From Eledone cirrhosa (Eukaryota): 64,000 nucleotides of DNA. The position numbers and the translations under genes are program-made. Below the pieces are notes generated by a model. It made no database searches, had not been told where the DNA came from, and saw only the letters and a list, made by a program, of their open reading frames with translations. The stretch is from assembly GCA_964016885.1 (NCBI GenBank), contig OZ024746.1:20460001-20524000 (forward strand). Reading direction: 5' to 3'. This document shows positions 38,810 to 52,260 of the stretch, piece after piece. Each line of letters opens with the position of its first letter. The first letter of the stretch is position 1.

Positions 38810-39221
38810 CTATTCTCAGTTAAGTCTCCAGGCAATGCGCGGACACTGGCGGCTCATATAAAAATAATAATAATTCGGTAGATCGAACAGCTGGCGAGGA
38901 CTGGATTCTATGTACCGAAATTCTCACTGCTTCAGGTCAAATGGCCGATTCTAAAGAATCAATCACGTGACACAGAGGCTAGTTAGAAGATGGAATTTTT
39001 TTGGGGTGTTAGTAGGCGTCAGTCATCTTACCATCCCATTCCTTCTAACTAGCCTCTGTGTCACGTGATTGATTCTTTAGAATCGGCCATTTGACCTGAA
39101 GCAGTGAGAATTTCGGTACATAGAATCCAGTCCTCGCCAGCTGTTCGATCTACCGAATTATTATTATTTTTATATGAGTCGCCAGTGTCCGCGCATTGCC
39201 TGGAGACTTAACTGAGAATAG

Positions 39222-39303
39222 ACTCCCTGATGACGCAATGAATTCTCGACAGTTGGATTACGTAACTGTCTTTATCCCATTGCAGAAACTAATTAGTTGG
39301 AGT
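39222..39303 (+). ncRNA. Type I hammerhead ribozyme (family A, inverted copy 3)
   Basis: actcc ctgatga cgcaatg...cattgca gaaac taatta gtt ggagt. Confidence 0.8.
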
Positions 39304-39370
39304 GAAAATTTAAGTAAGTAAGTAAAAAATTAAAAAAAAATTTTTTTAAAAAATATTTTCTTATTTTACG

Positions 39371-39413
<43 letters not shown>

Positions 39414-41012
39414 CACGCACATACACATATATAAATACATATATACACACACACATATGTAAAAGTAATAACAAAACAAACGGCACAGGAGAAATATATT
39501 AGTTTAACGCTTGAACTAGTAGGAAGAGAGGCTTAACGTTTTGGACACTAGTCTAAGGTAGAGTTAGAAATAGGAGATAAATATATATATCCGTATGTGT
39601 CCGACGCTCCACTGTTCTTTTCAACAGAAGAAATAATGGCTAAATTTCTCGTTGTTGTCAGTAGATATAATGCTATGGTATGGCATGGTCCCATAACTCC
39701 TGATGGAGTCGTAGGGGCGCCGCAGTATCATATGGCGTTTCTTGGGCATTTTAAACCCATCCCTCCCCAGGCCTGAATACAGCAGATTTCTTCCAGCGAA
39801 GGTTAGAACATGAGAGAGAAGAAGCGAGGAAGAAGCAACCCCAGTACTTGATTGGTACTTTTTTTTATGGACCTCGAAAGGATGACAGGCAAATTTGACC
39901 CCAGGGGGATTTTAACTCAGAGAAAGCAGAGAGCTGCTGGAAGGAATACCACAAATCACTTTATCCCACTCTGTCAATTCGCCGCATGATATAGTGAGGT
40001 CGATGAAAATGACGAACAATGGCACAAGAAGGTTAAACTCTCTTGTTACGTAAGAATCTATTGATATATGAAATTTCAAACATTGATTTGTCAACAGAAA
40101 CTGATTATTAGCAATAAGCAATGTTTATAAACTTTTGAAAGACTTAACCCTTTAGCATTCAGATTACTCTATATATATACTATTGTATTTTCATGGTAAA
40201 GGCTTTACCTCACATAATATCTCACATCATATCGAATCTATGAGATTTTGAAAGTATTTATTTTGAGAACAAAACCTTAACATCAGTTTCAGCAACCAGT
40301 TACAGCCAGTTTCAACAGAAAGAGGTAGAGAATTCTGACCGGTTTTTGCCGGTTTGAACATTAAAGGGTTAAGGGAATTCATTATCCAGAAGTAACACCT
40401 GCAAGGTAAATAACTGAAAAGCTATAAACTAAACTCATTCTTCATTCCAATTCGTTCCAACTTTTCTGCTGATGATATTGATGATCTATATTCTCTTGAC
40501 ATGGTCTTTCGTCAGTCACCCCAGACTTCTACGAATGGGGGAAGGGGAGACCAGTAGAACATAGATCTATGGTTTCTAATTTTTTTGGGGGGGAGGGGAA
40601 AGTTGGTTAAATCAAATCCAGTGTATTACTGGTACTTTATTTAATCGACCTCATAAGGATGAAAGGCAAAGCTAACCTTGGTGGGATTAGAACTCAGAAC
40701 ACAGGGACGTAACTCTATGCCACAAAGCATTTTGTCTGACACTCTATAGAAACTGCCAATCCGCCGCCATTAGGTCTATAAACTCATAATGACCTTTACT
40801 AAACCTTCATTATATATTCATCTGTCATCTACCACAAGAAAACGACATTAACAATTTAACAGTATTAATTTTTCAATTTTTACATATTGTAATCTTACCC
40901 TGACAGCCGAACCACGAGGCGACTGACCCTTAAGTTTAATTTACGGTGGTGTGGTGACGACACGTGGAAGCGATTTACTTGCATGTTAGTTGTTTATTAT
41001 TAAACTGAGTGC

Positions 41013-41111
<99 letters not shown>

Positions 41112-41381
41112 CGGAAAAAATGAAACGAAATTTCATTTCCCACTCTTAGTACGGCTGTTACTTAAATATAAGTATGTACACGTACATACATATATGTATA
41201 CAGACGTACAGTAGTATGCATATATATATATATATACATGCACATATATATATATATATGTACGTATGTATTCACCGAACATTTATTATAATATACATTT
41301 ATTATAATATACATTTATTATAATATACATTTATTATTATATACATTTATTATAATATACATTTATTATTATATATATACT

Positions 41382-41461
<80 letters not shown>

Positions 41462-41482
41462 CATATATATATATACACACAC

Positions 41483-41515
<33 letters not shown>

Positions 41516-41549
41516 TTACAATAATCAAATTTCAGTTTAAATCATTTAT

Positions 41550-41598
41550 TTGCTTACAATTGTTTCCTCCAAACCGAGGTTTGGATTCTTCGGAGCAA
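41550..41598 (-). ncRNA. Type I hammerhead-like motif with core variant (CCGAAGA)
   Basis: UUGCU-CCGAAGA-aUCCAAAC cucg GUUUGGAg-GAAAC-AAUU-GUA-AGCAA. Confidence 0.55.
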
Positions 41599-42599
41599 CT
41601 ATTAAGTGATCTATAACATACTTGACCTCCTTTTCAACACAAGAGACATATAAAAACACATGCACGCATTGACCCACAGTGGGATGACATCCATCAAAAT
41701 GATATAGCATGGCAATTTATATATAACCATAAAAGGCTTTATTACATACATAACCATAAATAGTATCCTTAATACTATATATATATATATATATATATAC
41801 ACGCACACAGTATTAGCAATTAGAAAGATCAACGGGAACATTGTTTCTCGGTCCGATTTGACGAGCTACACTCCACTCGTTAAGCCAATGAGGTCTAAAT
41901 TTGTTTAGATGATTATTTGTAAAATCCCCGCCATCACGTTTTGTAATATCCCATTTCTTGTGTTCACTTGTGGCAAGTAAAGACATATATCTGTAATTTT
42001 GTGACTGTTTATCATATTCAGCGTACAATGTATATATTTCCAATATCATATTTGTATACAACATTAACCTTTATCATCGGTGGTGGATTGGCAGTATCAG
42101 TAGAGGGTCGGACGCCATGCTTTCCAGCATAGTTACGTCCCTTTACGATCAGAGTTCAAATCCCGCCGAGGTTGACTTTGCCTTTCATCCTTACGGGGTC
42201 GATAAAATAAAGTACCAGTAATGCACTGGTGTTATTGCTGGCCTTGTGCCTAAACTAGAAACAATTAACCTTTATCATCGGATAATCGGCTAAAATGGAT
42301 ACCATTCCGCCGTATTAATACAGCTTTTGTCGACTTGCCGCTGCGTTCACTTTTCTTTTTTTACTTTTATGATCTGACAGGAGGATTAACGTTTTGAAAA
42401 GAAGAATTTGCGATGAAAACGCAATTCTTATGTTTATATTTTTCTCCTATATCTTTATCATTCACAATAATAGGTGGGGTTATGTACGATTTAATGTCAC
42501 AACTAGAAAATATTGTTATATTAATTTTTTCGAACTCCATAACTGCAATTCTTCTCGTATTTAAATGTAATTTGCCAGAAATAAAAAAAGAATTTGTAT

Positions 42600-42847
42600 A
42601 CATGTACACACACACACGCATACACATATACACGCATATACACACACTTATATATATACACAAACACACACACATAGACATATATATATATATATATATA
42701 CACAAACACACACACACACACAGACATATATATATACACAAACGCACACATATAGCTACATACACACACGAGCACACACACATACGCCAATATACATTCA
42801 CAAACACACACGCACCTACTCAAATACACACACGTACACACACACGT

Positions 42848-42878
<31 letters not shown>

Positions 42879-42957
42879 CACAAATACACACACGCACCTA
42901 CATTCACACACATACACGTACACGCACACACGTGTATACACAAATACAAACACAAAA

Positions 42958-43028
<71 letters not shown>

Positions 43029-43121
43029 CAAATACACACACACAAGCACACACACATACACCAACCTACATACACAACCACACACACACGCACACACTCA
43101 AACACGTACACACACACGCAG

Positions 43122-43160
<39 letters not shown>

Positions 43161-43244
43161 CAAGCACACACACACAAGCACACACACATACACCAACCTA
43201 CATACACAAACACACACTCAAACACGTACACACACACACACAGA

Positions 43245-43298
<54 letters not shown>

Positions 43299-44347
43299 CA
43301 AATACACACACACAAGCACACACACACATACACCAACCTACATACACAAACACACACGCACACACTCAAACACACACACACACAGACACACACATATATA
43401 TAAACACAAATAAACACACACACACTAATCTACATACACAAACACACACATACATATATACACACATACACACACATTATATATATATTATATTGCTAAT
43501 CATAGTAAGCAATCCGGTAATAAAGGTCTTGAATGGCAGAAGCAACTTTTAAAACGGTAAATTTTCAACATTTCTAGTCAGCTGATGGATAAACCCAACC
43601 ATTTGTGTAAAAAGACATTAATAGCTACTTATACGACCACTTGAATAGCTTCTCCCATTATATTTCGTCAATAAATAGTTATATTTATATTGGAACGATT
43701 AATAGACGTTAATAATGTGTTGGGCCTTCTCAAACATATATAATAATAAAATTGTATTTCTCCCTCTCTTCCCCCATCAGTGTATCTATGAACAAAAATA
43801 TATACATGCAAGTGTTACGTACGTGCACAAGTCTCATCATACACACATACACACAAACTCTCTCAAATACACATCAATACACAAACACAGACACACATAC
43901 ACACATACACACTCTAAAACACACAAACACAGACCCACATACGCACATATATACACAAACACAGACACACATACACACATACACACTCTAAAACACACAA
44001 ACACAGACCCACATACGCACATATATACACAAACACAGACACACATACAAACATACACACTCTAAAACACACAAACACAGACCCACATACGCACATATAT
44101 ACACAAACACAGACACACATACACACATATATACACACATACACACTCTAAAACATACATATATTCACAAGCACACACACATACATACACACAGAAACAC
44201 ACACACTCTTAAACACACACGCACATACATATATCTATATATAACTCACTCTCTTTTAAGCGTGAAACTAATACGACTTTGTTAATGCCTCCTCTTGTTT
44301 GTTAATTTCTTTTCTTCACACACACACACAGACACACAGACATACAG

Positions 44348-44384
<37 letters not shown>

Positions 44385-44400
44385 GACACACACACGTCAG
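42600..44400. repeat. Compound (CA)/(TA) microsatellite region including a 72-bp repeat at ~43870-44150
   Basis: Direct reading. Confidence 0.9.
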
Positions 44401-45088
44401 TGCCTGTCTCTTCCGAGTTTTCTGGATCCTATATTTGTTTCTCGAGTTTTTTTAATGATATTATCACTGTAATCATACAGCCTTATTTCAGCAGGAAAAC
44501 TCATACTTTGTAACGTCGATAGTAGCATACCTGGTCTATGGTATTTGTCTTTCAAAGGCTGGCCCGATTAGATATCAACTTGTATGGGAATATTTATATT
44601 GAATTAATCTTTAATATACGTCTATTTTTTATCTACTTAGAGAAGACAAAGTCGATCCTCGTTGTATTTGAACCCAGATTGTAGCGGTACAAACATTAAT
44701 ACTGAAAGGCAGCTTTTATTTAACTCATTCTATGGATCATTCGGTGGACTGGCAGTATCGGTAGAGGGTCAGACGCCATGCTTTCCAGCATAGTTACGTC
44801 CCTTTACGATCTGAGTTCAAATCCCGCCGAGGTTGACTTTGCCTTTCATCCTTACGGGGTCGATAAAATAAAGTACCAGTAATGCACTGGGTAATTGCTG
44901 GCCTTGTGCCTAAAGAAGAAACAATTATTTAACTCATTCCATCGGCTTACATTTCAAGTTTAGATTTGGCAAGAGATGGAATGTAATTAACCAGACAGAT
45001 CCAAACCTATTAATTCTCATTTGTACGACGACTCAATGCATGAAAGGTAAAGTAAAATCAACCCCAGTGCTATTGAAACTAAGAACCG

Positions 45089-45117
<29 letters not shown>

Positions 45118-45122
<5 letters not shown>

Positions 45123-45222
45123 GGCGTCCCCCCCCCAAAAAAATGTATACACACTTTGATTACCTGTACAGGCAATATCTATTAGAATGCTGTTGAAGTA
45201 TGCATACATCTTTTGGGACACA

Positions 45223-45223
<1 letters not shown>
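45118..45223. mobile_element. Tc1-like MITE
   Basis: tacagggcgtccc..aaaaaatgtat / atacatcttttgggacac termini. Confidence 0.45.
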
Positions 45224-45274
<51 letters not shown>

Positions 45275-45280
45275 TTATCT

Positions 45281-46105
45281 ATGTCTTCCCTTGGAGAGTC
45301 GCTGGACATGGAAGAAGACGAACTGGCCAGCCTGTTCGGTAGGACTTTCGGCCCAGGACCAATGGACAACTTCCAGAAGTCACTGGCCTGGCAGTGCTAC
45401 CGAGGGGCTCTACCCGTTCGAGAGAGGCTCTACAGACACGGGCGCCCGGGCAGGGATCCCTCAAAAAAGATTTGCCCTAGATGCGTGCGTCACGAAGAAA
45501 CCGTAGCGCACGCATTGGTGCAATGTCCGGGCGTGGCTGATCTGTGGGGCTACGCCGAACAACTGCTGTCGCGGGTGGCGCCGATTAAATTGACCGCCGA
45601 GTCCGTGATGACAATCAAACCGCCTCCCCTCTTCACAAAGGAAGCAAAGGCGGTTTTTCTGTGCGTAATAGCCATGTTGAAAGAGGTTGTTTGGTGGACA
45701 CGATTGAAAGGTCTGAGGTCAGGCAACTTCCTCTCTGGCCATAGTCTGGTCTACTTCTTCCGATATCACTTCGGAAGAAGGATAAGAATGGAGAGAGAGG
45801 TGCTTGGCCACAGGCAGTTTTATGAAAGGTGGGTGATAGTGGCGAGAATGGCTCGTGTAAATGGGCCTTCTCTGTATACCATCCTGTAGGTAAAGAAGTA
45901 AAGGAGAGGGGAGCACCTTCTCCATGTGCTCCCCGGGCAAAGGATTGCACACTTTTTCGGGGGTGTGTGCAACCCCCATCACGTCCCCTCCCTTTTGAGG
46001 TTATTTTCGATTATTTTCATGTTACACCCTTTTTACTCGATTATATGTAAACTCCCCCTTTGTATTTGTCCCTTCTTTTTATGCCTTTATGGTAAATAAA
46101 GAAAT
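45281..46105 (+). mobile_element. L1/Tx1-clade LINE, 5'-truncated (C-terminal zinc-finger region + 3' UTR), inserted in (TATC)n
   Basis: LAWQCYRGALPVRERL...CPRC..EETVAHALVQCP (zf-RVT-like CCHC); ends aataaagaaa + (tatc)n. Confidence 0.8.
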
Positions 46106-46298
46106 CTATCTATTTATCTATGTCTTTGTATTGTCCCCTTTTCTTGTGCGCCCTTGTGGCTAATAAAGAAATATATCTATCTATCTATCTATCTATAATA
46201 TGTAGATTCCCGAGTTGTGTCGGAGAGTAACCACAGTTAAAAAAAGGTACTCAATACATAGGTAGAGTAGAGGCATCTTTATTATATATAGAAATGAC

Positions 46299-46343
46299 TT
46301 CTACAGGACTAGAACTGTTTCATTCGAATGAAATCATCAAGAA
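46299..46343 (-). ncRNA. Degenerate hammerhead (family X; core UUGAUGA)
   Basis: Homologous to 55425-55475 and 58642-58686; part of repeat 46205-46345. Confidence 0.45.
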
Positions 46344-46595
46344 TAAATATATTCAGTGTCGGAGATTGCCAATATAAGTAGAACGTCGAACAACATTCTT
46401 AACGGTATATAGTTACGTCCCTTTACGTTCTGAGTTCAAATCCCGCCGAGGTAAGCTTTGCCTTTCATCCTTACAGGGTCGATAAAATAATACACCGGGG
46501 TCGATTTAAACGACTTTCCCCTCTCCAAATTGTTAGTCTTGTACTTAAATCAGAAACCATTCTCTCTCTCTTTCTCTCTCTCTGCATATATATGT

Positions 46596-46633
<38 letters not shown>

Positions 46634-46689
46634 GTATGGATTATATTTAAAAATGATATACTGGTCAATGGAACACTAGTGACTAACCC

Positions 46690-46930
46690 AGGTACTTCGG
46701 GCTGAGGAGGCCAAACTTTCCAAGTAGCGATCGCTCTCCGAGAGGTTCGCGATCGTGCCCTTGGCAGTGATGACTTTTGGTGTCCTTGGCCCTAGGGCTA
46801 CCTCCATATTCACCACCATAGGCGCTGAGCTAGCCAGTTGCAGGTGTGAGCCTCGCGAGTTGGAATGGCTCTTCCAGCGCATCTCTCTTACCATCCCTCG
46901 GGGAAACGCCTTCTCCATCCTGTCCGCCGG
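46690..46930 (+). mobile_element. RLE non-LTR retrotransposon (CRE-like) 3' fragment
   Basis: AEEAKLSK*...VPLAVMTFGVLG...WLFQRISLTIPRGNAFSIL. Confidence 0.65.
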
Positions 46931-48295
46931 GGCTGTGGGGAGGCCAGCACGTGGGAGGGACCCCATTTGCTCACCATACGGATTAATAGGCAAAGTTATA
47001 AACTATTGTAAATAAATGGTTGAATTGGTTTCGAGGGAAGACGTCAGCAAAGACTTTAAATCACTGCAATGAATACATTTGTCACAGTATTTAGTTTGGT
47101 ACATTTTTATACCGACATTAAATTGTGACGTAGCCAACCATAGTTTTCAATAAAATTACCTTTGGCTGTTGTTTTGTTAATTTGAGCCAAATCCCGTTTG
47201 ATTAAGCAGATCCATTATCACATGGCCTATTGGTAAGGATGCTGAATTTACGATCATAATGTCATGGGTTCGATTCCTGGACTGGGTTGTGTGTTGTGTT
47301 CTTTAGCTGTGGGGCGTGTGGCCTGTTGGAAAGGGTGTTGGACTGGCTTGTGCGTTGTGTTCTTGAGAAAAACACTTCATTTCACGTTGCGCCAGTATAC
47401 TGGAAATTAATACCAGCAGTAAGCGGGGATTTAACCCTGCGATGGACTGGTGTCGAATCCATGGGGGAGTCTTGTACTCTTCGTCGCTTCACTCCACGGA
47501 AACCGGGCCTCCAGGCTTGAAACAGACTTTAGACTTTAGATTTCTTTATCAAATGCACTCTAGCTGAGGCATTCGTGGAGTTTTCAAACACAGTTTATTG
47601 ATGACTAGAATATCTTTGTGTTTTTCATTTCTAAGAAGGTCGGTTATGATTTGAAAGAAAATTAGCTGCTATTTCTATCTGGTCGAATAAATGCAAAGAG
47701 GCTCACTTGTTGGTTCGAATTAGCATCAGCAATACAGTGAAGACGATACAATAGAATGCTCCCATCACCAACACAAAGTGGCAACCTAAATCAATTATAT
47801 TGCTCTCATGCTTGCAGCGGTGAGTTACGTTTAAAGTGAAATGAATGGGGACTATACAATTTCAGTGATAAATGTCTTTACTATGAGTACAGTGTAGCGT
47901 CAATAACTATGAAAAACTGAACCTTTCGGCCATCCTATTAACTGACTTTTGTTTAATAAACATACACCCTCACTCATACAAACATAAACACATTTTATAA
48001 ATATATATATGTATTTATGGGTGGTGGTTTGGCTGTAGTTCCATGTAAGCCATTACAACTTACTTCATGGTCGAGTGGTTGGCGACTAAACCACCCCCTC
48101 CTTAAAAGACCCTCGTCTGGTGAGGAAGGTTTGTGGAACCCCAGCAGCACAAAAAACAAGAGCTGTTAACAGGGTGGATGTCCGTTGACTCTGAGTAGTT
48201 TATCCACCCTGTTAACAGCTCTTAGCGTTAACCTAATCTATTCCTTCCATATATTGTGCCGATTGTGTTGTTATTTCTGTTTACCTTTCACACAC

Positions 48296-48343
<48 letters not shown>

Positions 48344-48659
48344 CTCATAATATAGGTAAATAAATTTAAATTTAAACTCTGGAATCATATTCCACCTTTT
48401 CCCCCAAATTAACGTAAATACAAGCTTTTCTTCCTTTTTCTTCTTTCCTACTCATACATACACATATCAAAATTATTTAAATTCTCCATAGCGTCTAAAA
48501 TAACGTTTCTTTCAGCCCTTTACCTCAACCTCATTTGCATACTCATCTTAATAATTTGAAATATCTGACTTTTCTTCTCTTTTCCTTCACTATCCAAGGA
48601 AAACTTGAACCGTTAAGGTATTTTTCTTGGTTATGTCAAAATTTATAAAACACACTTCG

Positions 48660-48720
48660 TATTTTATCTGATGAAAGCGTACCAAAGTTTTGGTACCCTT
48701 GAAATATATATAATAGAATA
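48660..48720 (+). ncRNA. Type I minimal hammerhead ribozyme (family C)
   Basis: UAUUUUAU-CUGAUGA-AAGcGUACCAAA gu UUUGGUACcCUU-GAAA-UAUAUA-UA-AUAGAAUA. Confidence 0.7.
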
Positions 48721-48856
48721 AATATGGTTTTATAAATATAGTTTCCATTTATTTAAAATCATTGAATATTACACTCCAGAAAACTTGTCGAGTGCTCTGA
48801 ATCAGTTATAAACATTTATATTTGTTGAATTACCAACAAATTGAATATCCCTTTTG

Positions 48857-48945
<89 letters not shown>

Positions 48946-48949
48946 TTGA

Positions 48950-49210
48950 ATGTAAACATGTAATATGTATTTTGATGCCTGTATTTGGAAATTAATTCCG
49001 ATTCTTTTTTTAAATTCAAAATTATAAACTTATTTCTTAATATATGGACATTTTCAGGTATGCAAAACTGACATTTTTCTTGCATTTGTATAGAGTAGAG
49101 TGCAGTACTTTCCTCTGCATTCCAAGATATATCAGTTTTTATATCAACTTTTAATGAAGATATATTTACAAAACCTTCGAAAAAATGTATGCCTATAAAA
49201 CATATCACTC
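48950..49210 (-). mobile_element. Penelope-like element C-terminal remnant
   Basis: ISW...KCQFCIPENVHIL...LNLKKESELISKYRHQN resembles the PLE GIY-YIG C-terminus CxLCxxEK...LNxRSELxSKCRHxNK. Confidence 0.55.
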
Positions 49211-49227
49211 TTAGCACTCCGCTCCTG

Positions 49228-49294
49228 TTAACTTCTTTTTTTTATACTTAGTTGGATCTTATGTGTTTGAATCTACACTTATATGAAGAAGTGC

Positions 49295-49350
<56 letters not shown>

Positions 49351-49418
49351 GCACTTCTTCATATAAGTGTAGATTCAAACACATAAGATCCAACTAAGTA
49401 TAAAAAAAAGAAGTTAAT
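49228..49418. repeat. Near-perfect ~70-bp inverted repeat around a (TA)n core
   Basis: ttaacttc...gaagaagtgc (TA)n gcacttcttc...gaagttaa. Confidence 0.85.
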
Positions 49419-49440
49419 ATATATATATATATATTAGAAG

Positions 49441-49489
<49 letters not shown>

Positions 49490-49648
49490 ATATATATATA
49501 TTTATATATATATACATTGTTTCTACTTTTGGCACAAGGCCAGCAATAACACAGGTACTTTATCTTATCGACCTCGTATGGATGAAAGGCAAAGTTAACC
49601 TCGGCGGGATTTGAACTCAGATATATACTACTACTACTAATAATAATT

Positions 49649-49743
<95 letters not shown>

Positions 49744-49927
49744 TTGTATGTTTTTTTCTTTATTGGCGGCGTTAACTTTCCTATTTTGTTGGCGGATATT
49801 TCTATCAAAGCTGATATATATATATATATATATATTACATATGTGTGTGTGTGTGTGCATATGTATATACATATATATATATGTATATATATATATAGAT
49901 ATGTATATGTATATATATGTATGCATA

Positions 49928-49961
<34 letters not shown>

Positions 49962-50204
49962 GAGAGAGATACATACATACAGATACACACATAGCAATAT
50001 ATATATATATATGTGTATGAATATATTCACAACACCTGGGCACACGCACATATAGAGACGTGCGTGCGTACACACTCACACGTACGCACACATACACACT
50101 CACACCAACAAACATACATATATACGGACGTGCGTGTGTACACACAGATACATACACATACACACACACCAACACACACCCATCAACACACACCGACACA
50201 CACC

Positions 50205-50237
<33 letters not shown>

Positions 50238-50246
50238 CGACACACA

Positions 50247-50319
<73 letters not shown>

Positions 50320-51926
50320 CTATATCTCTCTTAGTTTCGCAATCTCGTTTCTATGTTCTATTATTCCGTTTATTTCATTCTATCCAGTTGTATATAAATA
50401 TGAAGGGCGCAGGTGCTCATATTTAATGAATCACAAGTTTAATATTTCATTGAGTCAATCAAAAAACCCTTTCTGGTTCGTCTTCAACAAAAAGAAAGTA
50501 TAATTCTGTTGTTGAAATATATAATAAAAGCTTTTTGAATAATCTTTTCTATTTTACTTTTTATATTCAGAATAAAAAAATAATTTTTACGAACAAACAA
50601 ACAAAGTTAATTGGAATTGTTAGACCATAGGCATTGTTCAATTTAAGAGTAGCAAATAACTGCTTCTGTGTGTGTCAACTTGAGGACTCAGGTGATTATA
50701 TGTTTGGCAAGTAACCATTATTTTCGCTGAAGAGTTCTCAAATAAGGAAACAGTCCGTGAGAAAATGTATGTTCAAAAGAAAGCTATTTTATTAAATACA
50801 ATTGATAGAAAAACACTGAAGATATAAAGCTTGTAAATTTTAGTTTAATGAATGGTTATCACAGTCTTGCAATTGCATATACATTTTCTTTATCTTTCCG
50901 GTACCTTGTTTACAAACCAAAGAAAATGATTTTAAACTCTCCTTACGATACAAATAAACAAACAAACAATTGAATACTTTATTTTAGTTGCTATAACTGA
51001 AATTGAAATTATATTCTATTCTGTTTGATATTGATAATTAAAATTGTTGTGGAAAGTATTTCTTAATTTTATGTTCTTGGTGTACAAGTCTCTTTTCTTT
51101 CTTCAGGCGAGATACATGAGCATACACATACTTAAAGAATGAGGAGTTAGATTTGATTTTGGTGGTCATTAAGTTCTGTTGTCACCATATTTCAGCTTTT
51201 CTGGACGACTGTGTATGAGTTCGGATCAAATACAAACGAAAATTCTCGATAGAATACATCACAGTCAGTTTTTCTCTTTTAGTTTTGGAATAGCATTCTT
51301 CCACCTCGGCAATCGCTCGGTTCGTGCAACTGATGACTATATATTATTGGATGAGCACTGGCGCCAGCAATGACGTCACTTGAAATAGGCCATGACCCCA
51401 GCTCCTGTCAGTACTTGTTTGAGCTTATCGACAGCCAATTGCTCGATCTCGGATCATCTCGTCGGAGAGGTTCACTGTTTGTTGCATAGTTGGTAATGGA
51501 GCTGGAGACACTGAGTAATGCCCCTTCTCATCAAAGTAGTGACAGGGGCTACGTTTAATGATAACTTGAGAATTAGGTGAGATTCTTATCTTGCTGAAAT
51601 CTTGACTAAAGAAAATGAATTCCTTGATAGAGAACAGACATTATCATTCATTAAACTTAGTTACTGAATGTTGGGGACATTTTAAGGTTGATGCCATCGG
51701 AGTGATTCTTCACACCCTGAATATCCCTGAAGAGATCTTCAACTACTTTTCAGATTTAGGACGATTCATTGATACCGAATAGCGATCGTTTGAACCAATA
51801 CAGCCTTTCTTATGTCGTATTTCTTCGCATGTTTCTGAACAAAGCTGCTACTTTCGGTGATTGGGAATTGTTAATCTAATTGTTTATATACTTGGCAATT
51901 TCATATAACTATAATACAATTATGTC

Positions 51927-52260
<334 letters not shown>

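Larger units (their letters stand above)
37981..39378. mobile_element. Non-coding hammerhead-bearing element (retrozyme / PLE pseudo-LTR-like): ~560-bp tandem dimer plus inverted copy
   Basis: 37981-38540 is repeated at 38541-38989; 38997-39378 is an inverted copy; both outer ends abut (TA)n. Confidence 0.8.

Noticed and set aside
42367-44513. HT/YI/CV-rich ORFs (also 23168-24001, 49617-50503, 51880-52400, 55879-59023)
   Set aside because: Dinucleotide microsatellite artefacts.
50718-50767. CUGAAGA...GAAAC-A-GUC motif
   Set aside because: Stem II does not pair convincingly and stem I is interrupted.
51150-51850. Higher-complexity unique sequence as a possible exon
   Set aside because: The minus-strand frames I translated contain stops and no recognisable motif, and the only tracked ORF (51179-51373, +) is unrecognisable.
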